Positions 16,625 to 27,236 of a DNA stretch of 64,000 nucleotides are shown here, piece by piece. Within the stretch, counting starts at the first letter, position 1. Every line of letters begins with the position of its first letter. The notes below the pieces were generated by a model. That model was given only the letters and a program-made list of their open reading frames with translations. It was not told where the DNA came from and made no database searches. This DNA is from a virus, in the IMG/VR virus record IMGVR_UViG_3300022539_000562. One strand, written 5' to 3'. A program made the position numbers and the translations under genes.

Positions 16625-16639
16625 TATATAATTATACTA
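16625..16639 (-). promoter_or_regulatory. Putative promoter motif TAGTATAATTATATA
   Basis: Identical 15-mer at 38224-38238; just upstream of the ParB-like ATG. Confidence 0.6.
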
Positions 16640-16663
16640 TAAAATATTTATTTATTTCTTAAC

Positions 16664-17149
16664 TTATTTACTTTCTGCACCATCTTTTGCTCTAATCATA
16701 ACAGTTTTTAACATATCTTCTATCTCAGGGTGGTCTTTGAGAAATTTCTCTGCCTCTTTTTGTTCTTTTTGTTTTAATAACTTTTCCATTCCTTTTTTCA
16801 TTTCATCTTTTCTTTTATCTTTAGTTATTATTAATCCTGCTTTATTTTCCCATTCAATAATTGCTTTAATTCTAACATGAGGTGGAACATCTTCATCAAG
16901 ACACAATTTTAAATGTTCCTTTTGTACATCTTGTGCTTGTCTTACAAATTCACCCATTGCTTCTACTCTTCTCTCGCCATAATGTTTTTCCATTTCTTTT
17001 TTAAATAACTCAGATTTCTTCCATTGTCTAACTGTATCGGGTTGAACACCTACATTTATAGCAACTTCTTTTGTACTTTTTCCTAAAGTTAATAAGTAAG
17101 CAGCATATTTATGTTTATCTGAAAGTTTAATTAAAATTATTTTTTTCAT
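16664..17149 (-). CDS. HTH protein, probable terminase small subunit
   Basis: N-terminal HTH (GKSTKEVAINVGVQPDTVRQW), adjacent to TerL. Confidence 0.55.
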   Translation of the reverse strand: MKKIILIKLSDKHKYAAYLLTLGKSTKEVAINVGVQPDTVRQWKKSELFKKEMEKHYGERRVEAMGEFVRQAQDVQKEHLKLCLDEDVPPHVRIKAIIEWENKAGLIITKDKRKDEMKKGMEKLLKQKEQKEAEKFLKDHPEIEDMLKTVMIRAKDGAESK

Positions 17150-17158
17150 TTTTACCTC

Positions 17159-18760
17159 TTATTTAAAAACTCTTCTCCCCTTTGGGATATCTCTTAAAAA
17201 TATACTTTTATTTTTTGATGTTTCAAATTTTTTACCTAATCTATAACTAAATACTAATGGTTGTTTTTTCATAATATATTTTATTACCATTTCTAAAGCA
17301 TCCAAAATATCATCATGTGCTATACGAGGAAAACCCAAATATTCTTTTTTTAAATCTGTCATATCTTTTTTAATAAAAATTTTACCTGCTTCAAAAACTG
17401 GTGAAAGTGTAGTAATAATTCTGTATTCCTTGCTAACACCTGTGTGTGAAACACCAGTTATTGGCAAAATTGTATCATGTAATAATTGTTGTTTCAATGC
17501 TGCTTGATAACTATTTGTTTCCATAACTATTTGTCTTACTTGATAAATATCTGCTTGTGTCTTAACTATTTTTAGTTGTTTAGGAAATTTTGTTTTAGTT
17601 CTATAATAACCAATTATATAAACATCATTCATTTTATTAACTGCTACAGTAATATCTACAAAATAATCTGCTCTTAATGTTTCAGATACTGCTACATCTA
17701 CTCCTTGATAATATTGATAATCATCAGTAGGCAATGTATCGTAATATCTTAGCCAATCAATATCAAACTCTTGTCCTCTCATTAGAGTAGGATTATTTTG
17801 TTTTTCTCTTTCAAAATAAGGTGGTGTTGAGCCAAGTCTATCTAGTAATAATGTTTTTATATCCCATAGTAGAGGTGCTAATACCTCCCAAGTACCTGTT
17901 ACTTCTACATCTACTACCAATCCCTCTTTGTCTTTTATATAAAAATCTCTTTCAGGATAAGCAGTAGGATTTCTAAAATGAGCTTCCCAATTATTTGGAT
18001 ATTTTATTATTGCCTTATCTATTGTTTTATGCCAGATAGCATTATCTAATATTTTATCATAAAGGTCATCCCAGTGCTTACGAGTACCTATAACATAAGT
18101 ATGAGTTGTAGGTTCTGCAAGTTGTCCAATTGTACCAAAAAACCAGTTATTAACACTTTCTCTTCTGCTCAAAGTTTTAGTATTTTCATCATCAATTGGG
18201 TCATCTATTATCATATAATCAAAATGACTTCCTGTAATACTACCAAGAACACCTATTGCCTCTATTGTTGGGTCACGCATACTTGCTCCCTCACTTCTTT
18301 TAACATAAATCTGAGTTTCAGTCCATGTACCCTTACGTTGTGTCCAAGCATTCATATCATCAGGCATATATACATCACCATATACTGCAAGAAGTTTTTT
18401 ATTATAAAGTAATTGTTCTTTTACATCTTTAAGAAACTTCATAGATTGTTTAAGAGACTTACTTGCTATAAGTATTCTAACATCTGGAACATTACATATT
18501 GCCCAAATTGGAAAAATTTCAGTGAATATTTTACTTTTACCATGGTCACGTGGTGATAATTGTAAGTGTTTTTTATATTTTAAATTTTCTATCCATTTTA
18601 CTTGATGTGGAAATATTTTAAAATCTTTGAAAAATATTTTGCCAAAAAATATTATATCTTTTTTACAAAGTGCTTTAATAATTTTTTTATTTGTAATAAG
18701 ATTGCTTGCTAATTCAGCAAAACTACTTGTTTTCTTCTGTTTTTTTATAGTATTACCCAT
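17159..18760 (-). CDS. Terminase large subunit
   Basis: SPRDHGKS Walker A; IIDDP Walker B; QGVDVA; ETNSYQ; HDDILDA. Confidence 0.9.
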   Translation of the reverse strand: MGNTIKKQKKTSSFAELASNLITNKKIIKALCKKDIIFFGKIFFKDFKIFPHQVKWIENLKYKKHLQLSPRDHGKSKIFTEIFPIWAICNVPDVRILIASKSLKQSMKFLKDVKEQLLYNKKLLAVYGDVYMPDDMNAWTQRKGTWTETQIYVKRSEGASMRDPTIEAIGVLGSITGSHFDYMIIDDPIDDENTKTLSRRESVNNWFFGTIGQLAEPTTHTYVIGTRKHWDDLYDKILDNAIWHKTIDKAIIKYPNNWEAHFRNPTAYPERDFYIKDKEGLVVDVEVTGTWEVLAPLLWDIKTLLLDRLGSTPPYFEREKQNNPTLMRGQEFDIDWLRYYDTLPTDDYQYYQGVDVAVSETLRADYFVDITVAVNKMNDVYIIGYYRTKTKFPKQLKIVKTQADIYQVRQIVMETNSYQAALKQQLLHDTILPITGVSHTGVSKEYRIITTLSPVFEAGKIFIKKDMTDLKKEYLGFPRIAHDDILDALEMVIKYIMKKQPLVFSYRLGKKFETSKNKSIFLRDIPKGRRVFK

Positions 18761-19245
18761 TGTTCTTTTACTCCAAATTCATAAATGCAAATAGCATCTG
18801 CTACATCTTGTGAAATTTTATACATTCTAAACTTATCTTTAATATATTGCATAATATCTTTTTTAGTTGCATTGCCATTGCCTACTATTTCTTTTTTCCA
18901 TGTCTTATTGTGAATTTCTCTAAATTTAATACCATATTTTATTAATAAAGCCAATAACATACCTGAAACTTGATTAACCATCTTAACACTTTTATGTCTC
19001 AGAGCAATAACTGGCTCTTCTATATAAGCAACACGAACTTCAGCATTTTCTAAAAAATAATTAAATTCTTTTAATAAATATTCAAATCTCTCTTTAAAAT
19101 TTTTAAGTTTTGTTTGTATATAATAATAATCAATACCAAGTTTATTTTCATTTATAGATGTAAAGGCAATAGCAATATTTTTACTGCTAAAATCAATTCC
19201 TATATATTTAGTTGCCCACATTGTTTCTCTTCGACTAGTCACCAT
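18745..19245 (-). CDS. ruvC: RuvC-like Holliday junction resolvase
   Basis: IGIDFS; YIEEP; WKKEIVGNGNATK; DVADAI. Confidence 0.85.
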   Translation of the reverse strand: MVTSRRETMWATKYIGIDFSSKNIAIAFTSINENKLGIDYYYIQTKLKNFKERFEYLLKEFNYFLENAEVRVAYIEEPVIALRHKSVKMVNQVSGMLLALLIKYGIKFREIHNKTWKKEIVGNGNATKKDIMQYIKDKFRMYKISQDVADAICIYEFGVKEQWVIL

Positions 19246-19855
19246 ATTTAAATGCTCCTTTTATATTTATATTTTTAATAAAGGATAATCTGTGATAAGG
19301 AGAAATACCATAGTGTTCTAATGCCATTCTGTGTTCTGTTGTTCCATATCCTTTATTATCTCTAAAATTATATACTGGAAAATCATAATGTATCATTTTC
19401 ATTTTATTATCTCTAAATACTTTTGCCAAAATAGATGCCAAAGCAACAGATTTATATTTCTCATCTGCTTTTGGTTCTATTTTTATTGCAACATTATCAT
19501 CAATTAGTAATTTTATCATAGATTTGTTTTTTAATCCTGAAACCCAATCAATATAAATTCTTTGAGGTTTATATTTCATAAAAAAAGTAATTATATCTAA
19601 AATAATTTCTTGATTAGCAACCTGTATTCCATATTCATCAATAAAATAAGCATCTTTTAAAGACCAATAAGACAATATATCCTTATTATTTTCAATTTTA
19701 AATGCTACACTTTCTCTTTCTCGTGATGTTAATTGTTTACTATCTTTAAAAATACCTTGTATTCTTTTGCCATCTGTTTTCATTAAAATACCACAAGCAA
19801 CAATATCACCTGCCCAAGCACCACGTCCAACTTCATCAATGCCAAGTACATACAT
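19235..19855 (-). CDS. rnhB: Ribonuclease HII
   Basis: GIDEVGRG; KDSKQL; KADEKY..VALASILAKVFRD; NKGYGT..H; HRLSF. Confidence 0.92.
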   Translation of the reverse strand: MYVLGIDEVGRGAWAGDIVACGILMKTDGKRIQGIFKDSKQLTSRERESVAFKIENNKDILSYWSLKDAYFIDEYGIQVANQEIILDIITFFMKYKPQRIYIDWVSGLKNKSMIKLLIDDNVAIKIEPKADEKYKSVALASILAKVFRDNKMKMIHYDFPVYNFRDNKGYGTTEHRMALEHYGISPYHRLSFIKNINIKGAFKYGD

Positions 19856-20355
19856 TATACAATGCCTTTCTTTACCAAATTGATACGACGATACATTTCT
19901 TTTTGTATAGCATCGTAATACTTCTCGTATGAACGTAATAATGCTTTTAACAATTTAACTTCAGCTTGGTAAATTTGTATTTTTTTAACCCATTTTACTA
20001 CATCCTTATTAGTTGAAACTTTTGCTTCAATAATTGATTTCAAAAGTTTCTTTTGACTATAACTTGGTGTTTCCCTTATCCATGCCTGACTATTATAAAA
20101 ATTATAAGCATTCTGTGAATAAATTAAAGTAATTTCAACCATAGACAATTGACTATAAGCATAACTTGCATATGCTGCATAATAAGAAGAAATAATTCCT
20201 AAATCACCACTAGTTAATACAGTTAAATTAACAGGAAAAGGAACACATTTTTTTTGCATAGGAGATTTGACTTTTGGCTTATCTATTCTTTCAAAACCTC
20301 TTTTTTCCATTCCATTTAATACAAATTCTTGTAATTCTTTTTCGTCATATATCAT
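19855..20355 (-). CDS. Helical protein, possibly a UvsY-like recombination mediator
   Basis: Size, coiled-coil character and recombination context only. Confidence 0.3.
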   Translation of the reverse strand: MIYDEKELQEFVLNGMEKRGFERIDKPKVKSPMQKKCVPFPVNLTVLTSGDLGIISSYYAAYASYAYSQLSMVEITLIYSQNAYNFYNSQAWIRETPSYSQKKLLKSIIEAKVSTNKDVVKWVKKIQIYQAEVKLLKALLRSYEKYYDAIQKEMYRRINLVKKGIV

Positions 20356-20672
20356 TTCTTACCTCTTTTTTTAACTTTGTAATTAACAGGAACATAAATA
20401 ATTTTTTGTTTTGATTGTAAATTTCCTGGTATAATAATTTTCTTTTTTAATTGTTCTTGTTGTAATTTTCTTTGTACATAATTTATAGTATCTAATATAA
20501 AAACTTCAAATGATACAGGTAAAATAATTCTATATATCTTATTATTACAATCAACCATAACAAATTGATTTGCTTGAAAATCATCAGGAAATTTAATACC
20601 CTGTAGTATAATTTCTTGTGTTTCACTTTTTACTTTTTTATTAGTCTTTTTCATTATTTCTCCAACATTCAT
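20352..20672 (-). CDS. Hypothetical protein
   Basis: Overlapping start/stop coupling. Confidence 0.55.
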   Translation of the reverse strand: MNVGEIMKKTNKKVKSETQEIILQGIKFPDDFQANQFVMVDCNNKIYRIILPVSFEVFILDTINYVQRKLQQEQLKKKIIIPGNLQSKQKIIYVPVNYKVKKRGKK

Positions 20673-21462
20673 TTATATATGCACAATATTCTTTTTTACA
20701 TTGTTTTTTATCAAAATAATGTCTATTTGGTATTTTTCTTTTTTTAATTTTTCCCATAATATTTTTGCATCTATCAATTAAATTTTTAATATATGCTTCA
20801 TTTTTATAAATTGTTACTTCAAATTGTCTAGAATTATTACGATTGTGTGCAAGAATAGTTGCTTTATCTAATTCTGTAACATACATATAAAACTGTGCTT
20901 GCATATACATTCCTATACCTGAAATATTAGTCTTAAGAAATTTTTCAGGATTTGTTTTAAACTGATTAAAATATCGTTCCAGAAGAGTTTTGACATCTAT
21001 TACTCTCTTGTCACCCTTGTATTCAATAATAAAATCTGGTTTTATAAGAAGAATTATTTCATTGCCATCATCATCTTTTATGCTTTTTCTTATAAATTTC
21101 TCTTTATAATTTTCTGATACTAAACCTGCCATTGGAAATAAATATTCTTCATACATTTTGTGTAACCAAGTACCACTATCCATATTAATTTGTTGGTCAG
21201 GTTTTATTAATTTAATATCTGGTGGAATAATAAAAGAATAATAAATACTTCTATCACATTGTTTTCTTAAAAGACTATACGAAAAATATTTTTTTAATTT
21301 TTTCCTTTTTTTACTTTCTTGCATTTGCTTATCCATATATTTTTTCTTAATATAAGGCATTACAAAAGGTTCTATTTTAACTTTTATATCATTTAGTTGT
21401 CTGGTTTTTTTTAAAGCACTAATTAATTGTTCTATACCATTCATTCCGATTTCTTCTGTCAT
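20641..21462 (-). CDS. Cas4-like PD-(D/E)XK exonuclease
   Basis: CDR..YY; GTWLH; PDF..IDVKT; Q..FYM; C-terminal C..C...C. Confidence 0.75.
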   Translation of the reverse strand: MTEEIGMNGIEQLISALKKTRQLNDIKVKIEPFVMPYIKKKYMDKQMQESKKRKKLKKYFSYSLLRKQCDRSIYYSFIIPPDIKLIKPDQQINMDSGTWLHKMYEEYLFPMAGLVSENYKEKFIRKSIKDDDGNEIILLIKPDFIIEYKGDKRVIDVKTLLERYFNQFKTNPEKFLKTNISGIGMYMQAQFYMYVTELDKATILAHNRNNSRQFEVTIYKNEAYIKNLIDRCKNIMGKIKKRKIPNRHYFDKKQCKKEYCAYINECWRNNEKD

Positions 21463-22099
21463 ACTTCCTCTCCTTCATCTTTTAATTTCCATTCTCCATA
21501 ATCTTTACAGAATAATAAAAATGCCCAATTTGCCATTTTAACCAAAGCCAACATTAATTTAGTATTTAAATACTCAAATAAATGTTTCATAACCTGAATC
21601 AAACAAAAAGTATCAGCACCAAAAACATCGCAAATAAAATCAGTTGCTTCTCTTTTTTCATTAAATGCATATCTTTTTGTTCCTTTTTGCAAACTTTTCC
21701 ACATTAAAGCAGTAAATTCTTTAAATAATTTTTTCTTAATTGCAACATTAGTATCCATTATACTCCTTTCTTATATATTATACCACTTCGTTGCCATTTT
21801 GTTGCTGTTCCAGCACATGGCTTAGGTATTTCAATACTAAACTCTAAATTAGGAAATATTTTTCGTGTTTCCTTATTCAATTCTACTTCATCAAACATCA
21901 TTTCTACTTCTCTAGCGGTTGAAAAAGGAATTACAATATTTTTACAAAAAATAATTTTTATATTTCCATTTTCTGTTTTTACAATATATTCTTCATTTGT
22001 TATCCAGCATTTATTTTCTAATTGTTGTTTAATAAAATCTATATACCTAACATATTCTATAAATTTATACTTTTTTTTATCCATCTCTAATAAATCCAA
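21459..22099 (-). other. Two hypothetical CDSs (21459-21758, 21758-22099)
   Basis: Coupled ORFs. Confidence 0.55.
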
Positions 22100-22433
22100 A
22101 TTTATAATTTGAAAACATTTCTCCTAATTCTTCTTCTAATTCAGTTAATTTAAAATAATTTTCCCAATCATCAAGCTTCATTGTATACATTATGTGTATT
22201 TCTTTGTTTATAATTAATGAATTCTTGTTAGTTTGTACAGATTCCCACCAAATTCCTTTTCTAGGTACAGGCATTTTTGTAACTATTTGTATGCCTTCTA
22301 TCTGTATATCTTCAAAATTTTTGTCTATATACTTAATCATTTTTTTTATTACTTTAATTTCTTTTTTATTTTCTATTTTTTCAATTTTTATTTTTTTATT
22401 ATAAATCATTATTTTAACTTCCTTGAAATTCAA
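22077..22433 (-). CDS. Small alpha/beta paralog family member
   Basis: Shares YID.N...YT.K..DW..YFKL..L.E.L.E.F..Y.F with 22414..22755. Confidence 0.6.
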   Translation of the reverse strand: MNFKEVKIMIYNKKIKIEKIENKKEIKVIKKMIKYIDKNFEDIQIEGIQIVTKMPVPRKGIWWESVQTNKNSLIINKEIHIMYTMKLDDWENYFKLTELEEELGEMFSNYKFGFIRDG

Positions 22434-22755
22434 ATGTATATTTTGGAAATATTTCTTCTAAGAATTCCTTTAAATATTGCAATTTAAAATATGGTTTCCA
22501 ATCAGTTGATTTTAATGTATATATCACTAGTATTGTAGCAACTTTGTGAAAAACTTTTATTCTATCGAATTGTACTTCTTTTATGTTTAGGTCAATATAA
22601 TTAAGCATATTGTTCACTTCTTTGTCTTTATTTTTAGTTTCTCGTGTTTCCTGTGACTGACCATAAAGTTTCATCATTGCTTTATATACTCCTTGACTTA
22701 CAATTAAACCATCTGGTTGAGGTTTATTTAACATCTTTCTTAGCAACTCCTGCAA
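22414..22755 (-). CDS. Small alpha/beta paralog family member
   Basis: Tandem paralog of 22077..22433. Confidence 0.6.
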   Translation of the reverse strand: MQELLRKMLNKPQPDGLIVSQGVYKAMMKLYGQSQETRETKNKDKEVNNMLNYIDLNIKEVQFDRIKVFHKVATILVIYTLKSTDWKPYFKLQYLKEFLEEIFPKYTFEFQGS

Positions 22756-23227
22756 CTCTTATTTGTACCCATTCTCCTGCTTTAGCATTATCTAGTGCTG
22801 TACCAACCCAAGAAGTTGTTTTACTAGTATCTGACACATCATCCCAAATAATATAATCATAGTGTTGTCCACCAGCAGTAGTATCCCAATCATAAGTCCA
22901 ATCAATATCAGCAGTATCTGAAGCAGTTTTATCCCATGGATATTCAGGCATTTTATCTCCACATATAAATACATTGTCTACATGAAAAGCAATTAGTATT
23001 TGAGGATATTCTCTATGCAACCATTCCATAATCTTTTTTAATTTCTCTTTTAAGTTTCCATTAGTTGCATTATTAATTGCAATTGTTTTATCTTTAGAAA
23101 AGAAAACTACATTATTATATGTTTTATTTTCAGTATCCAACATCTGATAAATTGTAAATTTATCAAAAGGTAGATTATCAACAATACAACTAATAAGTTT
23201 TTCTAATAATTCTTTATTTCCCTTCAT
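22724..23227 (-). CDS. Hypothetical protein with a DUF2190-like C-terminal motif
   Basis: VGTALDNAKAGEWVQIRVAG. Confidence 0.35.
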   Translation of the reverse strand: MKGNKELLEKLISCIVDNLPFDKFTIYQMLDTENKTYNNVVFFSKDKTIAINNATNGNLKEKLKKIMEWLHREYPQILIAFHVDNVFICGDKMPEYPWDKTASDTADIDWTYDWDTTAGGQHYDYIIWDDVSDTSKTTSWVGTALDNAKAGEWVQIRVAGVAKKDVK

Positions 23228-23347
23228 TGCACCAATCCTTTAAAAACTTTTTAATTGTTTTATTTAAATAAATATCAAGATACTTACACCATTTAGTGAT
23301 TTTGCCTTTTACTTTTTTTCTTGAATAATACTTACAACTTGAACATC

Positions 23348-24034
23348 TCATAATTTTAATCCTATCTCCTTTAAAGCTTTTAGCCAAATTTCTCCATCAT
23401 CCTTATCGCAACTAAATATTGTATTCATCATAGGATGAAACCAAGATGTTTTATTTGCTTGGTGAAAAATTATTCGTTCCATAAATTCATCTTTTTCAGT
23501 TGAAACTAATAAATCAAAAATACTAGAATATTTATCAAAATATTTTCGTAAAGTATATTTAAAAAGAGCAGGAAAATCAAGTGTTTGCCTTAATACTCCA
23601 AAAAATATTCTTGTATAATTTCTAATATCCTTTTCTAATAAATCTAAACTTATAAGAGTTGAAAAAAATAAATAATTTCTGAATTCTTCTTCTTTGTTTT
23701 CATTGGCATAGGGCAATACTAATTTTTTTTGGTGAGGATATTCTAATTCCTCATACACATCCAAACCTTTAGTTAAAAACCAATTCTCACAATAATCAAC
23801 AATATTATTGGGATTATTTTTTCTATCAATAAAATAACTTAATCTTACACCATCAGCATTGTGTATATACCACCCTGTAGTCAAATTATTAAATCTACCA
23901 TCTATTAATAAATCATTTACAATATCTAATGTTTGATAATATTGCTCTCTTTTATTATAATGTTGTTTTTTTATATAAAATCTTCCAAACAAATCTTTGG
24001 TACAAATACTTAACATTTTTCCTCTTTTAAACAT
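23348..24034 (-). CDS. Hypothetical protein, weak resemblance to the lantibiotic dehydratase C-terminal domain
   Basis: GWYI..GVRLSY; SWFHPMMN. Confidence 0.25.
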   Translation of the reverse strand: MFKRGKMLSICTKDLFGRFYIKKQHYNKREQYYQTLDIVNDLLIDGRFNNLTTGWYIHNADGVRLSYFIDRKNNPNNIVDYCENWFLTKGLDVYEELEYPHQKKLVLPYANENKEEEFRNYLFFSTLISLDLLEKDIRNYTRIFFGVLRQTLDFPALFKYTLRKYFDKYSSIFDLLVSTEKDEFMERIIFHQANKTSWFHPMMNTIFSCDKDDGEIWLKALKEIGLKL

Positions 24035-24255
24035 TTAGGAGTAACCATTCTTGGTTTTGCTTTTTCTATTTTTGTTATTTTAATCTCAATAGTATATTCT
24101 TTTATTGGTGGCATTGGTACATAAACATCGTATTCTATATCTTGTTCACAATAAAGTGGACAATTGAATTCATGATTTCCTGCTGTATCTAAATTACAAC
24201 AAGTACACATATCAATAAACTGATATTCTTTTCCATCTGTCGTTGTAATTTTCAT
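24010..24255 (-). CDS. Hypothetical Cys/His-rich small protein
   Basis: CTCC..H..NCP. Confidence 0.5.
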   Translation of the reverse strand: MKITTTDGKEYQFIDMCTCCNLDTAGNHEFNCPLYCEQDIEYDVYVPMPPIKEYTIEIKITKIEKAKPRMVTPKCLKEEKC

Positions 24256-24830
24256 TTTACCTCCTTTTCAATTATATTTTTTTTAATTATTATTTGATAT
24301 TTTTTTTCTAAAATTTCATATTGATTTTTAAAACAAGCTAAAAAAGAATCAATTCCCAATTTAGGTCTTTCTATTTCACTTTCTCCACCATACCATTTAT
24401 AATCATCAAAAATAATTAACCCTCCTTGTTTTAATAAAAACCAAGATAACACAGCATCTGATAAAACATCACAAGCTATATGAGAGCCATCAATATAAAT
24501 AACATCAAAAAATTGTTCCCATCTATTTGTTCTTAAAATATCAATAGAACGACCAATTAATAAATGAACTCTATCTTTCCATAATTTTGTATTCTGAATA
24601 AACTTTTCTTTTAATCTAGACAAATCCATGCCTTTATGCTCTGCTCCACCCTCAAAGGTATCAATTGCAAATACTTGTGCTTTTGAAAAATTCTTTAATA
24701 TCCAACAAGTAGCCATTCCTTCAAAACAACCAATTTCTAAATAATTAAATTCTTTATTTTTATAAATAGGAATTAAAAATCTTTTAAAATTACTTTTTGC
24801 TGTAATTTTAAACCAATTTTGTGTATACAT
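24252..24830 (-). CDS. Class I SAM methyltransferase (Methyltransf_24-like)
   Basis: YLEIGCFEG; AIDTF; DVIYIDGSH; GGLIIFDDY. Confidence 0.9.
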   Translation of the reverse strand: MYTQNWFKITAKSNFKRFLIPIYKNKEFNYLEIGCFEGMATCWILKNFSKAQVFAIDTFEGGAEHKGMDLSRLKEKFIQNTKLWKDRVHLLIGRSIDILRTNRWEQFFDVIYIDGSHIACDVLSDAVLSWFLLKQGGLIIFDDYKWYGGESEIERPKLGIDSFLACFKNQYEILEKKYQIIIKKNIIEKEVK

Positions 24831-24835
24831 AATAA

Positions 24836-25507
24836 TTATTTACCTTTTCTAATTTTCAAAAATAAAGTAATAAATGGAATATCAGCATATGCCTGTCCTA
24901 AATCATTTGTTTTTCTTATTTCTATATTAAGACCAAAACAGAGCTTATCAATTTTTTCTCTATTATAGATTCTCATATAAGAGTTATCCGTTTCTGAATA
25001 TTCCTTACTTTGTTTAGAATTATATTCGGTTGTCAGAAGCAATAAACCATTAGGTTTCAAAACTCTCATCATTTCTGATATAGCTCCAAAATCATTATCA
25101 ATATGTTCAATTGTAGAAATTGACAATACTTTATCAAAACTATTATCACTATATTGGAGATTACAAACATCTGCTATTTCAGCACTAACTTTGCCTTGAG
25201 ATTTTATTTCAACTTGTCTCATCCATTCTTCAGGAGAAGTCAATTTAGATTGTTTATAATATGTTCTTTTTGCCCAAGCCATATTATCAGTTGTTATTAC
25301 TGACTTAACTAATGGTGCTAAAAATATACTAAAATAACTTTGAAGTGCTCCTGTATCTAAAACTACATCCTTTGGTTTAAATTCTCCATATTCAAGAATT
25401 TGTTCAAAATCCCAGCCACGAAAATTAGACAAATAAACCTTATCACCATCAAAAATCTTATCTAAATAATTAATAATTTCATTACTTTTAATTATAGTTT
25501 TACTCAT
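24836..25507 (-). CDS. Class I SAM methyltransferase (Methyltransf_11-like)
   Basis: VLDTGA; ADVCNLQYSDNSFD; STIEHI; RVLKPNG. Confidence 0.88.
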   Translation of the reverse strand: MSKTIIKSNEIINYLDKIFDGDKVYLSNFRGWDFEQILEYGEFKPKDVVLDTGALQSYFSIFLAPLVKSVITTDNMAWAKRTYYKQSKLTSPEEWMRQVEIKSQGKVSAEIADVCNLQYSDNSFDKVLSISTIEHIDNDFGAISEMMRVLKPNGLLLLTTEYNSKQSKEYSETDNSYMRIYNREKIDKLCFGLNIEIRKTNDLGQAYADIPFITLFLKIRKGK

Positions 25508-26142
25508 ACTGGTTGTCTGCCTACATATTTCTTTAAATCTGGACTAGCTAATAAATCTGGAATTGGTTGTCCTGGATAATATCTAGCATATCTTCCTTTT
25601 GCATCTAATGCCCAACCATAATGAAAAATTATAGCATTAGGAACAAGTGTATATTCAGATATAGGACGAGGATTACCAACCTTATAAACAATTTCATGGA
25701 TTACATTTTTCCAATAATAACCCAATCCTAATCTTATAGCTCTGCCTTGAGTATCTGGAAATAATTTGTATTTAAAATGTTTTGTATCTCCAAAAAATTC
25801 TATTCTTGGAAAAACTAAAAATTCATTCTTTTTATTATTCATAAACAATTTTGCTTCTTCAATTCCCTCTTTAAACATACACTCATCAGCATCGAGCATA
25901 AAAAGCCAATCATAACCTTTCTCTTCTGCTTTTTTAACACAATAAGTTCTTGCTTCGCCAAAATTATTATTCCATGGTCTATTAAATACTTCTGCTCCAT
26001 ATCCTTGTGAAATTTCAACTGTTTTATCAGTAGATTCTGCATCAATTACTATAAAATGTTCAAAACAAGGAGCAATAATTGGTAGATGTCGTTTTAACAT
26101 AAATTCCTCATTCTTTGTTATCATTCCAAGTACTATTTTCAT
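25504..26142 (-). CDS. Glycosyltransferase family 2 (GT-A)
   Basis: MITKNEE; DAESTDKT; FGEART; LDADE; IHE; HYG. Confidence 0.9.
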   Translation of the reverse strand: MKIVLGMITKNEEFMLKRHLPIIAPCFEHFIVIDAESTDKTVEISQGYGAEVFNRPWNNNFGEARTYCVKKAEEKGYDWLFMLDADECMFKEGIEEAKLFMNNKKNEFLVFPRIEFFGDTKHFKYKLFPDTQGRAIRLGLGYYWKNVIHEIVYKVGNPRPISEYTLVPNAIIFHYGWALDAKGRYARYYPGQPIPDLLASPDLKKYVGRQPV

Positions 26143-27236
26143 TTAATTGCCTCCAATTTCTTTAAAATATCATCTCCAACTACTTTCATATTTAATTTAT
26201 TTTTAACAAAATCTTGAGCTAATTTACCTTTTTGAATAGTTAATTTTCTGTTAGAATACGCTTCCCACATACTAATTGCTAAATTACTATCATTAGGTTC
26301 TGCCCACAATTGAGAAGAATTATACCACTGAATATGTTCCATTCCAAATACATTAATTAATTTATATTCAAGCAACCAAGAATTTTTATTATTAAGAAAT
26401 TTATGAATACCACCAAAATTAGTAGATATAATAGGAGTAGCAACTGACATAGCTTCCATTTGTGGATAACCCCAACCTTCTCCTCTGTGAGGAGCAACAA
26501 AACAATTACCTGTTTTATGTAATCTCATAATATCATAAGTACTTAATTCTTCAAGAAATAAAAATATTTTAGGATAATGTTTTAAATTTAATTCTTCTTT
26601 CCATTTATAAATATTATCCTTAATTGTTTTTGTTCCATCTTTTAAAAAATTACTTTGATAAACTTTCAATAACAAAGCAACATCATTTTTATTCGCAAAA
26701 GTTTTCCAATAAGTTTTGAGTAGCATTTTAGGATTTTTTCTTTCTGTCCACTCAAATATAGAATAAAAAAGAAAACCTTTAAATCCCTTAATTTTAATAG
26801 GTTTATATTCATTTTTGATTTCAATAGGTTGTTTAATAACTTTAATAGGAACAATAACACCACTATCTTTAAAAGTATTAGCAGAAACATGAGAAGAAGT
26901 CCAAATCTCACTCATCTTGTTCATACAATCTACCCAATATTTATCCACCCCTAATACTTCCCAAAATAACATTCCAATATTATATTTATTTTTTTCTCTT
27001 GCAAAAATTGCATATTCAGGTGTAAACATTATTATTTTAATATCATAATTAAGTTTCTTATTTGCTAATTTTTTTGCTTGTTTTGCACCTTCATCTAAAT
27101 TATCCATTTCTGCACGAATAAGTGCAACTTCTGTTGTTACATTGATACCAGCTTCTAACATAGCTTGAAGTAAACTTCTTGCTGCTCGACCATAACCACT
27201 ATAACTAAGAAACCAAGATGTAAATTTTATATTCAT
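26139..27236 (-). CDS. Glycosyltransferase family 4
   Basis: SGYGRAAR; ERKN; HRGEGWGYPQMEAM. Confidence 0.9.
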   Translation of the reverse strand: MNIKFTSWFLSYSGYGRAARSLLQAMLEAGINVTTEVALIRAEMDNLDEGAKQAKKLANKKLNYDIKIIMFTPEYAIFAREKNKYNIGMLFWEVLGVDKYWVDCMNKMSEIWTSSHVSANTFKDSGVIVPIKVIKQPIEIKNEYKPIKIKGFKGFLFYSIFEWTERKNPKMLLKTYWKTFANKNDVALLLKVYQSNFLKDGTKTIKDNIYKWKEELNLKHYPKIFLFLEELSTYDIMRLHKTGNCFVAPHRGEGWGYPQMEAMSVATPIISTNFGGIHKFLNNKNSWLLEYKLINVFGMEHIQWYNSSQLWAEPNDSNLAISMWEAYSNRKLTIQKGKLAQDFVKNKLNMKVVGDDILKKLEAIK

